DNA of 33,000 nucleotides, taken from contig NC_042998.1 of assembly GCF_006345805.1 (NCBI RefSeq), positions 37,479,001 to 37,512,000 of the forward strand, read 5' to 3'. Each line of letters opens with the position of its first letter. Within the stretch, counting starts at the first letter, position 1. This document shows positions 1-10,810 of this stretch, in pieces. This stretch comes from Octopus sinensis. Taxonomy: Eukaryota. A program made the translations under genes and the position numbers. The notes beneath the pieces are model-generated. The model did not search any database, was not told the DNA's origin, and saw nothing but the letters and a program-made list of their open reading frames with translations.

Positions 1-1993
1 AGACTGGAGAGGCGATATCTTCTCACCTAATCAACCATTAGAGGAGAACAATTTCAAATAGATTTATTCATTCTACAATTTGATCCATCAATGTCATCTC
101 CTTGAAACATGCTGCAAAGTATCTACAAAACTATAAAACATTCAAACTCTTCGTGAAATCTTTGCAGTATTCCGTAATGGATGGTAACGAAATGCTCAGC
201 AACAAAATTTACATTAAAGCCATTTACATAAAATTTACATCAAAGTAAATAATTTGAAATATGCATTCAGGTGCTTTCAAAATGGAAAGTAACAAACGCA
301 AAACGCACCAAAAAATATACATCTAAAAACCAAAAAGTAAATAAATGAGTAGATAATATGAGATGTAAATGTAACATGTAAATGAAGAAAATTTAAACAC
401 AATGTAAGAGATAATGTTCTAAATGGGAAAATGTATAGCTGATAATTACAGTAATAAATATTAGGAGTAACAAATAAAAATAGCTGAATATGATAAACTG
501 GAAATAAAATGAATAAAATTCTTAACAAAGGAAACGAAGAACGTTATGCTTATTTAAAAACAATATGTGAAAATTGTAATAACATCTACTCCTTGGAGTA
601 TCAAACTATTATAAGGGTTTTTATTACATTTAGGATATTAATAGAGAGGAAATCAGTGTAGCCCTGCGTATATTCGTTAAAGTTCGTTCTGAAAATGGAT
701 TAGTCTGACAGAATCGATAAGTAAACCAAAATTAGCAATTTTATTGCTAATTAACTGTAGGAACGAAGAGTCGGTATATGTGATCATTACTCACAAATAT
801 TCTTTCTTAATCACATATACGAAAATAAATGTAAAACAAAGCAACATAACGACCTAATCATGTGTAGACAGAGTAAGATGTACGAGTAATCGGAAAATAT
901 TCCAAGTTATGTAAGATGCGAATATTCGCTGGAATCAGTTAATTACCCTCTCGTATACACTGATGGAACATTGAAATCTAAAAGTCAGGATATTATTAAG
1001 AATGAAGTCGAAAATGCTTTGTTAACCAAAGAAAAAGTGCTGGGAAAATGGATCAGAATGTTGCAGTATATACAACCATATTGCTAAATATTACTTCGTT
1101 TTAGAATCTGTTAACATATCTATGATATTAACACAAGGTGTCGCCTTTAGAAGAGGGATACATCTGTCTATAACAACCTGAATACTTAACAAGTACATTA
1201 GGACATTATTTCCTCGACTTCGTAAGCATCAAAGTTCAGAGCCAAATTTGTGCTGGAAATATGTAGTAGAGATAACTAAATATCTCAACGTAATTTGTTC
1301 GATGCTGTTAATATTCCAACAACACCAAATTCACAAACGTTATTGATATATAACTAAGAGAATTCGAATGTGTTGAATTGGAAGTCGAAAGACCAGAAGG
1401 ACACAGCTGAGAATGTAGAAGATCGAAGCGAAAAACTTTACATTTGCCTTTATACAACACAGTCCAAATTCAAAAGAAGAAAGATGTTTTATTTTTTTAT
1501 TTTTAGTTCTCGCATTGAATATGGTGAAAAATCAATTCTTCTGGTTGCATTTTCTATTACTTAGTCGGTAGAAGACTGGCACCCCGAGTGAGGCATTGTA
1601 CACCTCGAGGTCTGACGCGAAATTCGCCACGGACTGGACACCTGATCTGTCTAGGAATTTCCAACCGTGTAAAAATTCTTGCAAATGACAAAACGCATTG
1701 GAAAGCGGAAAGCGAGTGAAACATTTCGGACAAGATAACGAAAAACAATTTATAGTCTAAGAATTTATCAGGTCAATATTCTGCCCAGGTTATTGGCATA
1801 CAAAACAATACACTTTGCGTATTGATTGCAACACCTACAAATCTCCATTTTCTAAGTTCCCCATAAACTTCTGTACATCATGAAACTTTGAATTTATTCA
1901 AGAACTGCATTTTGTATGATGCCTATAGCTAATCTTAGTATTTCTAATTGTCTTCAAGTGTTATATCCCTTCTAAACAGAAGCAAAGATGGTT

Positions 1994-1996
1994 TAT

Positions 1997-2059
<63 letters not shown>

Positions 2060-2190
2060 ATATATGTATGTATGTGTGTGTATTTATATATATATATATA
2101 AATATCTATATATATATACATACATCTTTCCATATGTATATATATATACGCAGATATATTTTACGTGGATATCTGTGTGTGTGTGTGTGC
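1994..2190. repeat. Compound (TA)n/(TACA)n/(GT)n microsatellite
   Basis: Directly visible dinucleotide runs; source of the spurious YI-rich ORF 2068..2391. Confidence 0.95.
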
Positions 2191-3124
2191 AAGGGATTGC
2201 ATATCATGCAGGTGTTGATTCCGTCTGAGATTAAAATTAAATCTAATATGCCTACGTCAGAATATTATTTCATTTGCTTCAATAAGGTAACGCGCATACT
2301 TCAATATTTTTATATGAACTGTTATTCTTATGATTGCTTTTATCATTGTACTGTTGATGTAGTTGTTGGTGGAGGCGACGGCAGCGGTTGAAATTTGAAG
2401 TGAATGTGATGACTGACGTTATTGTTGTTGTTGTTGTTGTTACACCAAGTTTTATTTCAATATGTGTTTGTGCTAATTAAAGAAAAATAAGGAAATAATT
2501 ACTGTGCATAATTTAATTTCCAAAAGGCGTAGTGCAGACATAATTCTAGTGTCATATATGTGAGATTACTTCAATCAGATTCAAATCGTAGCAAAGAAAT
2601 CATAATACGATGCAGTAATCACTGCGTTAGGGCTAACTCTGTTTACAAGACTGCGGACTTCCGGAGTCCGCATAGTCTGACTACTAATATCGGGATGTAG
2701 GTGGAGATTTCTCTATTGGATAAATTTTAAAGAAGTTAAAATATATACTTTTCTCTCAGTCAGAACGTCACAGATCGGAATAATTAAACGCAGTAGCTAC
2801 ATAAATATATATCTAAGCCTACGTACCAGATACAAACTTGATATATATATCTTATATATATATACATATATATTACATGGAAAATGCAAACAAGAGAATA
2901 CTATGCTGAAGATTATGGTTATATATATCTTGGGAAAGTTCAGGAAAAGTTATTATATCTGGTAAAGTACAGAACAAGACAATTTGACTTAGTGAGCAGT
3001 CCTCTTCAAACTATTGACTGTTTTCAATTAGTTTAAGAAGTGACTTAGTGACAAGTTCTGAAAGATGTTACATGTGAGCAAATTGCGACCTTACGAATAT
3101 TATTCAAGTATTACCGCACTTGAA

Positions 3125-3126
<2 letters not shown>

Positions 3127-3213
<87 letters not shown>
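3127..3213. repeat. Pure (TA)n microsatellite
   Basis: Uninterrupted AT dinucleotide run of about 43 units. Confidence 0.98.
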
Positions 3214-3217
<4 letters not shown>

Positions 3218-3360
3218 TTCCTATTCTTTCTTACAAAATATGTAGAACTGCTTAAGAAGTACTCGGGTCGAACCCGAGATAAAAGATAATAAGAATTAAA
3301 ATAAAAAATCAAATTGGGCAATCAACTTTTTTACATAAATTGTTATAAATTTAATTTTAT

Positions 3361-3364
3361 GTAT

Positions 3365-3423
<59 letters not shown>

Positions 3424-3432
3424 CATATATAT
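3361..3432. repeat. Interrupted (TA)n microsatellite
   Basis: Direct observation. Confidence 0.95.
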
Positions 3433-3436
3433 TTTT

Positions 3437-3776
3437 AAAAAAAGACCCCCTTCGGTCATGAGTGACCATGGGTTTGTACCTAGAGAGTTACCCTCTGAGG
3501 CACAAGTCTGGGCAAGGTTGTTTTTATGGAAGACCAGTAGTCGCCCATGCATACCGGCCTCCCCTCTCCACGCCACCAGTGTTATCCAAGGGAAAGACAA
3601 AGGTCGATACAGCTTGGCACCTGTGACGTCGCAACTCATTTCTACAGCTGAGTTAACTGGAGCAACGTGAAATAAAGCGTCTTGCTCAAGAACACAACAC
3701 GCAGCCCGGTCCGGGATTCGAGCTCACAACCTCACGATCGTAAGCTCGACGCTCTAACCACTGAGCCATGCGCCTT
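3437..3776 (-). mobile_element. tRNA-derived CORE-type SINE, near full length
   Basis: Minus strand starts aaGGCGCATGGCTCAGTGGTTAG (A box) ... GCTCGAATCC (B box). It continues with GTGTTCTTGAGCAAGACGCTTTATTTCACGTTGCTCCAGTTAACTCAGCTGTAGAAATGAG (3695-3635), which aligns by eye to the MIR CORE consensus (GTGACCTTGGGCAAG...CTCAGTTTCCTCATCTGTAAAATGG). Confidence 0.85.
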
Positions 3777-3780
3777 ACAC

Positions 3781-3808
3781 ATGTATATATATATATATAT
3801 ATATACAC

Positions 3809-3848
<40 letters not shown>

Positions 3849-3871
3849 GTATATATATATATATGCGCCTT

Positions 3872-3904
<33 letters not shown>
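3781..3904. repeat. Compound (TA)n array punctuated by ACACATGT units
   Basis: Direct observation; abuts the SINE 5' end. Confidence 0.9.
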
Positions 3905-3910
<6 letters not shown>

Positions 3911-4474
3911 CTATCGACATACAAACATTCCTTTTCTAAAGCTAAACTCTCGTTTAATATATACACTACCTGAGCGATAGTAACCCTGATTATACTTTAT
4001 TCTGGTCCATAATTACGGTGGCCCCCTCCCCTTATATCACCAGTTTGAATAGATGCAGTTTATATATAAGGGAATCATATATCCTCCTTAGCTCATATAG
4101 TTGAAACACATTAAATAAATTCTCCGATGCGATCCCCATTTAGTCATAAATTACATTTCCCTTTTTTGAAAACTTATAGAACCAAAAATATTGGATACTT
4201 GTTTTGGAGGAGTGCCTGCAATTTGAAACCGTTTAGCTTTTAGTACTGTGAATATTTCATTGCGCTGTGTTTAATTAGATTTAAGTCTGAATAAATAAAT
4301 ATAGTTGTCATATCTTTCCATGTTCTCCATTGTCTCATTTGCATAAGTGAGAATGAAGTTTTACATAAACCTATATCCGTCCCTCTGTAAGAAATACAAA
4401 TTGTCAAAAAATAATTTCCTAATGAGGATACCTCTCCTATTGAGGTGGTCTCTGCCCGCATGAATTGTAATATT

Positions 4475-4705
4475 ATTTCTTTTATTGCCCACAAGAGGCT
4501 AAACATAGAGAGGACAAACAAGGAAGACAAAGGGATTAAGTCGATTACATCGACCCATTGCGTGACTGGTACGTAATTTATCGACCCCGAAAGGATAAAA
4601 GGTAAAGTCGACCTCGGCGGAATTCGAACTCAGAACGTAGTGGCAAACGAAATACCGGTAAGCATTTCGACCATCGTGCTAACGTTTCTGCCAGCTCACC
4701 GCCTG
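4475..4705 (-). mobile_element. tRNA-derived SINE (family A in this report), full-length monomer with 14-bp TSD
   Basis: Minus strand head aggcggtgagctggcagaa (A box) and gttcgaattcc (B box); GTCGAT-TAC-ATCGAC hairpin; tail ending gggcaataaaagaaata. A perfect direct repeat TGAATTGTAATATT lies at 4461-4474 and 4706-4719. Confidence 0.92.
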
Positions 4706-4811
4706 TGAATTGTAATATTTATCTCCATTTTTCTACCAGGACATGAACTCTATAAATGGCCGTAGAAAGTACCTCTCCTCCGATTGTATTTATACTATTT
4801 ATATTTTTTAA

Positions 4812-5073
4812 AGAACCCATTTAAGCTCTACCTGCGACGATTTCATCTCAATCGAAGGAGAGGAGCTTTCTCCGTCCGGGTTGCGGATCCGTGGAACAAG
4901 CTGCCAGACGAGATGGTGAAGATGCCGACGACCGCTTTGTTCAAAGCCTCCCTGGACCTCAAGTGGCCTGAACTCTTTACATGAACACCACCCTGTACTT
5001 AACTCCATGTCCCCCTACATGGCCTTGCTATTTGCTTTTGAGCCAAATTAACTAACTAACTAACTAACTAACT
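4812..5073 (+). mobile_element. 5'-truncated CR1-clade LINE 3' end with (CTAA)n tail
   Basis: Translates as NPFKLYLRRFHLNRRRGAFSVRVADPWNKLPDEMVKMPTTALFKASLDLKWPELFT*, matching the CR1 ORF2 C-terminal pattern (FSxRV..WNxLP..V......FK..LD). A short 3' UTR and a tandem CTAA tail at about 5049-5073 follow. Confidence 0.85.
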
Positions 5074-5201
5074 TTAACATTATGGATTTATCAATTAGGT
5101 TTTTTAGACACTCTTAAACGCTCTTAATTATAATGATGAAAGCAAAGTTTTCTTCTTCCCTTCTCACAATTTTCCGTATACATCCCACGTATATTCTATT
5201 T

Positions 5202-5237
<36 letters not shown>

Positions 5238-5403
5238 GCATATATGGATATATTTTGTATATCGATATGTATTAATAAATATTTTTTAATTGAATTTATA
5301 ACTAAGTTTAGATATGTAAAAAATTTGATTGTCTAATAGCAGTTTCTATTTTAATTCTTACACATACACACGCATTGATACGATATAATCGATATAATCT
5401 TTT

Positions 5404-5772
5404 ATGGCCGTAGGGTAAGAAGCTTGCTTCTTAACCATATGGTTCCAGGTTCAGTCCTACTGTGTGACACCTTGGCGAAGTGTCTTTCATTATAGCCTTG
5501 GGCCGACCAAAACGTTGTGAGCGGAGTTGGTAGACGGAGTCTGAAAGAAGCCTGTCGGATATATATGTGTGTGTGTGTGTGTGTTTGTTCGTCTCTCCAT
5601 CATCGCTTGGTAACCGATGTTGGTGTATTTAGGTCCCCGTAACCTAGAGGTTCAGCAAAAGAGACCCATGGAATATTACTGGGCTTACAAAGAATAAGTC
5701 TTGAAGTTAATTCGGTCGACGAAAGGCAGTACTCCAGCATGGCTGCAGTTAAATGAGCGAAACAATTAAAAG
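5404..5772 (+). mobile_element. tRNA-derived SINE (family B) with internal (TA)(GT)n tract
   Basis: Head ...gtagggtaagaagcttgc...ggttcagtcc; homologous along its whole length to the reverse complement of 5864-6272. Confidence 0.85.
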
Positions 5773-5863
5773 TGTGTGTGTATATATATATATTGTTTTG
5801 TCTGGTGCGAGCCATACTGCCTTAATATCCAGCACGCTCAACGGTTCAATCCCCACCTTTATA

Positions 5864-6058
5864 TTACTCATTTACTCTTTTACTTGTTTCAGTCATTTGA
5901 CTGCGGCCATGCTGGTGCACCGCCTTTAGTCGAGAACATCGATCCCGGGACTTATTCTTTGTAAGCCCAGTACTTATTCTACCGGTCTCTTTTGCCGAAC
6001 CGCTAAGTTACGGCGACATAAACACACCAGCATCGGTTGTCAAGCAATGCTAGGGGGA

Positions 6059-6103
<45 letters not shown>

Positions 6104-6272
6104 GTACATACATATATACGACGGGCTTCTTTGAGTTTCCGTCTACCAAATCCACTAACAAGGCTTTGGTCGGCCCGAGGCTATAGTGGAAGACACTTGC
6201 CCAAGATGCCACGCAGTGGGACTGAACCCGGAGCCATATGGTTGGTAAACAAGCTATTTACCACACAGCCAC
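5864..6272 (-). mobile_element. tRNA-derived SINE (family B), inverted relative to 5404-5772
   Basis: Minus strand gtggctgtgtggtaaatagc...gggttcagtcccactgcgtggcatcttgggcaag (CORE-like start); internal (GT)n; tail cagtcaaatgactgaaacaagtaaaagagtaaatgagtaa. Confidence 0.9.
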
Positions 6273-6389
6273 TCATACATATATATTATTCTACTCTTAG
6301 TAGCGAGTCTTTCTCTAGAAGATTTTCTGTGATTCTTCTTTTAAAAGGTTCAAACAAACCCTTTCTTCTAAAAGCATGATGCTTAATTG

Positions 6390-6565
6390 ATTAAGTCGAT
6401 GACATCGACCTCACTACTTCCTTGGTACCACTTGGTACTTATTTTATCAACCCCAAAACGAGAGAAAATAATCATCTGAGTGGAATTTGAACAAAAATGT
6501 AAATCGGATGGAACGTCAGCAAAAATTTTGCCCGCAGTGTTGAAGATCCTGCCAGCCCACTGCCT
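6390..6565 (-). mobile_element. Decayed family A SINE
   Basis: Contains ttaagtcgatgacatcgacc, ggtacttattttatcaacccc, ggaatttgaac and ctgccagcccactgcct, colinear with 4475-4705. Confidence 0.75.
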
Positions 6566-6923
6566 GAAACAAGGTAAATATTACAACAGGTGGACTTTAG
6601 GAAACTGGATCGACAATATGAAAGATAAGAATAGTAATCCTCGTGTGCAAGCAGGATATTCTTTTCGGGTTTATGAGATCTCTTGCATTATTATCGTATT
6701 ATATTTAGCTTACTTATTTCTATTAATAAATTCTCCGGTTATATTTCCACATTCCGAAAGAACCAATTCAGCGAATCTTGTCTACTTTCTCAATATGATC
6801 AACCGTTTCATGATACAAAACGTTTTAGCGAACAGAAGCAAGAATTTCATGTTATTTGCGAACCTAACCGAGTGGAATTTCTAAACATTTATGATATGCA
6901 TCGTCTTTCCATTATTGTTATTA

Positions 6924-7557
6924 TGGATCTTTTCCTTTTGAACGGCAGATGTCAACACAATTTCTAGTTAACAAAATACTTTTAAACTTCGTATACTGGT
7001 AGAATGTGTTTATAAAACATCATTTTCTCTTGGTTTTATTGAGAAAAATTATATAGTTTGTAAGATATTTCGTCTGAAAATCCGAGCATTTCGGCAATTT
7101 TAACCAATAGATTACCTCCATTCAACTAAAATCCTTTGCTGCGTCTAAAACTGAGACAACATCCTGTAACTAACCCTAAACCTTTCCCCTAACCCTAATT
7201 TATTTTTCTTAATTGTTAAATTAATTTAATTCCATTGCTTTAGTTTTTTTACACGCGTAACAATTAAATTAATTTAACAATTAAGAAAAAAAATTAAGGT
7301 TAGGGTTAGTGGAGAGGTTTAGGGTTAGTTACAGGATGTTGTTTCAGTTTTAGACGCAGCAAATGATTTTAGCTCAAAAGAGAGCATAGGATTGGTTAAA
7401 ATTCGAAAAATTAAACTACGTTAAACAAACAAATTACAATTTTCTCAAGAAAGCCAAGAGAAAAAAATGTTTTATTTTGACACATTCTACCAGTATACGA
7501 AGTTTTAAAGTGTTTAATTAACTAGAAATTGTCTGCCGTTCAAAAGGAAAAGATCCG
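6924..7557. mobile_element. Foldback/MITE-like non-autonomous DNA element with ~310-bp inverted arms
   Basis: Left end tGGATCTTTTCCTTTTGAACGGCAGA and right end TCTGCCGTTCAAAAGGAAAAGATCCg are reverse complements. The arms pair inward to a ~30-bp spacer (7232-7261). TTA (extendable to TTATTA) flanks both ends, as expected for a PIF/Harbinger-type TSD. Confidence 0.85.
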
Positions 7558-7732
7558 TTATTACTCTAAAAAACACATATATATGTAAAATCATTAAAAA
7601 AGAGAACTAGCTATGAGTAAATTACGAAATTAATATATGAAAGTTTTTTTTACGACGAAATAGGAATATATATAAATAGACGATCAAAATTTAAGTAAAA
7701 TACATTAAATATTATATTTACTTATTTTTTAG

Positions 7733-7797
7733 GTAACACAACGGAGCATTGACACCGATGAATCCAGATGAAGGACACAAACTGGTTTTCAGGAAAG
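7733..7797 (+). other. Candidate 65-nt exon of an unidentified host transcript
   Basis: Acceptor ttacttattttttAG (7731-7732) and donor AAG|GTCAGT (7798) in non-repeat DNA. All three frames contain a stop, but ATG 7758 opens MNPDEGHKLVFRK up to the donor (phase 1). Motif-level evidence only. Confidence 0.35.
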
Positions 7798-8844
7798 GTC
7801 AGTTATGGTTTTCTTCTTGGAAACAGTTTTTGTGACTCTGTTACTCAATAACATGCTGTTGAGTGAGAAAGAGGTGTATTTAATTATACAATTGATATAC
7901 TCTATTGAAGTAGGAAATGGATGAAATTAAGATGAAATTCTTCACATAAATGTAGATGCGAGTAGAATCCTTATTTTCTGCTAAATCGAATTGCTTAGAT
8001 TTTAACTGAAAAACTTTAAACACTGAATGTGAACGAAGATTAGGAATGTTGAACCCAGGGAATTGACAAATGTTCTTTAATACTTAATTATTTATCTATA
8101 GATTATAGAGCAGATTGTGTTGTTTTCAGATACAGTTTTACATTTTCACCATTTCTTCAAAATGGGTTACTTTTTTGAATAGACTATTCTGAAAATCACC
8201 TAAATATTATTGTAATAGATACTAGAAGCATCTGGTCAGTATCTGGACATACATTATGACTCTAACCGACATAATCCGTGGAACACAGACCTATTTAGAG
8301 ACGAAATATTTCATTTGAATGCTGTCGCAGTGGATACGCATTAAAGTTATCGATTACCTTAGGGGTTATAATTTGGTGACTAAATGTGAAAAATGGGAAT
8401 TTAACTATTTTTATATATAACATATTGCTATAGTTCTATACATGATGTATTCTATAAAATTTTAAACAGATACAACTGCATGACCTTCTATAATCTCCGT
8501 AAATAATATTATCTTTAGCTGTTACTCATAAATCATTGTATTGGCTGTAGTAAACCGGTGGAATGCATTTATATATATTTTGCTAAAATAGGTACTTGAA
8601 GTCAGCAATTGGAAGTATTTAAATCTATAAATGTAAATAGATATAGTTTTATTTTATGATAACTAGAAATTATAAGATCTGTATTTACGATAACTCAATA
8701 CAGTTTCAGGAACAGATCTATTTTTCTTACACGTTTTAGTAGTTAATTCTTCACAACACTCTATATACTTCTAATAGTCAAAACTCTCAATTATTTCGTT
8801 CACATCATTTACAGCTTATGGGGGAAATTATTTGCAATTAACAA

Positions 8845-9900
8845 CTTAAAGTTAGGAGATATAAGATGAATAGCTTGTAGCATCAGCCTCAGAAAAGTGT
8901 TTATCAGCAACTGAACGGAAAGGTTAACAGCGATGAGAAATCTGATGCCGAAGGAAGTAGGTTTTGTAGTAACACCTGTGATAACGGAAAGAATAATATG
9001 ATGCTGAAGGGTTGAAGGAATTAAGATTGGGTACAAATCGAGTGAAACAGCACAATATAAGGATAACAACTGAAACGGTAACCAACCGACATCAAAGTTC
9101 CAAACTGGAAATAATGTGCACTTCTGGATGGGATACAAAGGTTCTGGCTGAAAAAATTCCCCAGTGTTACAAGAAATAATAGCTGTGCAAAAGCACAGTG
9201 GATATCTCAAAGGGCATGACTACAGGGAAAACGGTTCTTTACCAAAAGGACCCTGGTACAGGTAATACAGTGGATAACTACCGGACAGTCTCTTGCTTAC
9301 TCTTGAAGTGAAAGGTGATGGCAAGAATAATACCTATTTGCGTATATGAGTTCCTGGAAATTCATGACAAGCTGCCAGTGAAACAGAACGGATGCAGAAG
9401 GAAAAGCCGAGAGACAAAATTTCAACCTTTGGTAGACAGAATGTCACTGAATGACTATAAGAATAGACCAACTAATTTGGATATAACATGGATTGATTAT
9501 AAGAAAGCTTATATGGTCGCCCATTCCTGGATGAGAGAAAGTATTTATTTGGTATAGGCATCTGGCTATATTTTGAATTTTATCAGATCAATGAAGAATG
9601 GGAATTCAGAATTAACATCATGTGGGGATTTTTCGGTAAATATTGATATCAGAGGTATACTTCAGGGAGATAGTCTGTCACCATTGCTATTTGTTATCTG
9701 CATGATACTCGTCACACATATTAGGGAAAGCGACATCGGAGAACACCTTGACAAGTGGAGAACTGTTAAACCACCTTAAGATATTCGGTAATAGTGAGCC
9801 TGAAATAAATGGTCTGGTCTCAACAGTGAAGATATTAAGTGAGTATATAGGGATAGAATTTGGAAATGAATATACGGTTGCTTATCAAAACAAATAGGCG
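8845..9900 (+). mobile_element. Decayed R4/Dong-type (RLE non-LTR) reverse transcriptase fragment
   Basis: Motif remnants in order: KVPNWK, KDPGTGNTVDNYRTVSCL, QNGCRRKSR, WIDYKKAY.MVAHSW, RGILQGDSLSPLLFVICMI, ILSEYIGIEFG. Stops and frameshifts throughout; 3' end missing. Confidence 0.85.
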
Positions 9901-9999
9901 ACAGTAAAAGCTAAAGCTTTGCTAAAACCTTGACCAAACCTTTTAAATCTATTTTTAAAACACTTATGAACCGAAAACTATAAGATCCCTTTCGTTTGA

Positions 10000-10810
10000 A
10001 TCCTTTCTCATCAGCAATGGCGGACCTAGACTCATTTAAATTGTGAATAATATATTCTGCTCATCCTTGAAATAGATATCTGCCAAGTAGTTCCTGAAAA
10101 AGTCTGACATAGAAATGTAAAGCTGGTAGAGCAGATCGTTCAGAACTAATGACTTCCCTTTCCTCCATGCCTCCATCCATACATTCCGTCTGGTATTTCA
10201 GCAAATACGATGGGCTTTTCGCAGAACTCTATTCACAATGTCGAGAATAGCAGCAGGATGTCGACGTAGGCACTAAACTTCATTCATTTCTGAATTGGTA
10301 CTAAAAAGCAGTAATCTTCTGCTTTGGATTGAATAATATGCGCCTATTATTGTCCACCCTTGATCGGACAATGCGGCCTTCATGATTAGCATTAAAAAAA
10401 AAGTAGCCGAGGATCAACCTTGCTGAGAGGATGTCGGTTTCGATTCCTTTCTTAAGCGTCTCTTAATAGTTTCTATTCTATATATCTCTATCGCTACTCT
10501 ATTCCTGCCGTAACATAAACAGCTTCTATCCTGACGGCACCTCCTTCACTAATATTCACATCCAGGGGCCTTGATCATACTCAAACCATTCTGAAGCAAC
10601 ACGGCTGCTTCGTCTCCAGATTCCGGTTGATGTGTGAATAAGTGGATCTCGTATCTGTCTAGAATGAATGGTATCTTATAGATCAGAGACACTCGCCTCG
10701 CTGAGAGCCACGACATCCATATCTATTCATTTATGGTCGTTGAGTATGTGGCTCTGCTTCCAAGTTGATCCATTTGCATTTACACTCATATCTGAGTAAA
10801 TCCATGTTCA
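10000..10810 (-). mobile_element. Decayed L1/Tx1-type apurinic endonuclease (ORF2 N-terminus), 3'-truncated
   Basis: Minus-strand remnants SVNANG, MDVVALSEA, DEAAVLLQ, LDVNISEGGAVRIEAVY, LILGY-FNA (GDFN motif) and AYVDILL (SYLDR motif). Confidence 0.65.

Noticed and set aside
950-1090. YTDG...EVENAL peptide suggesting RNase H or a LINE linker
   Set aside because: Too short, with no further colinear motifs.
2212-2286. Possible 75-nt in-frame exon (CAG|GTG...AAG|GTAACG; [25 protein letters not shown])
   Set aside because: Weak pyrimidine tract, abuts a microsatellite, peptide unrecognised; such motifs are common by chance in AT-rich DNA.
3700-3776. tRNA-like cloverleaf (also at 17909, 22475 and the family A heads)
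   Set aside because: The anticodon stem does not pair and each runs directly into SINE body sequence; these are SINE heads, not tRNA genes.
2068-3980. YIYI-rich ORFs (2068..2391, 3100..3321, 3686..3980 and others)
   Set aside because: Translations of (TA)n microsatellites; no coding signal.
7165-7335. True telomere or chromosome-fusion scar
   Set aside because: Only a few degenerate units, embedded symmetrically in the arms of a TSD-flanked foldback element.
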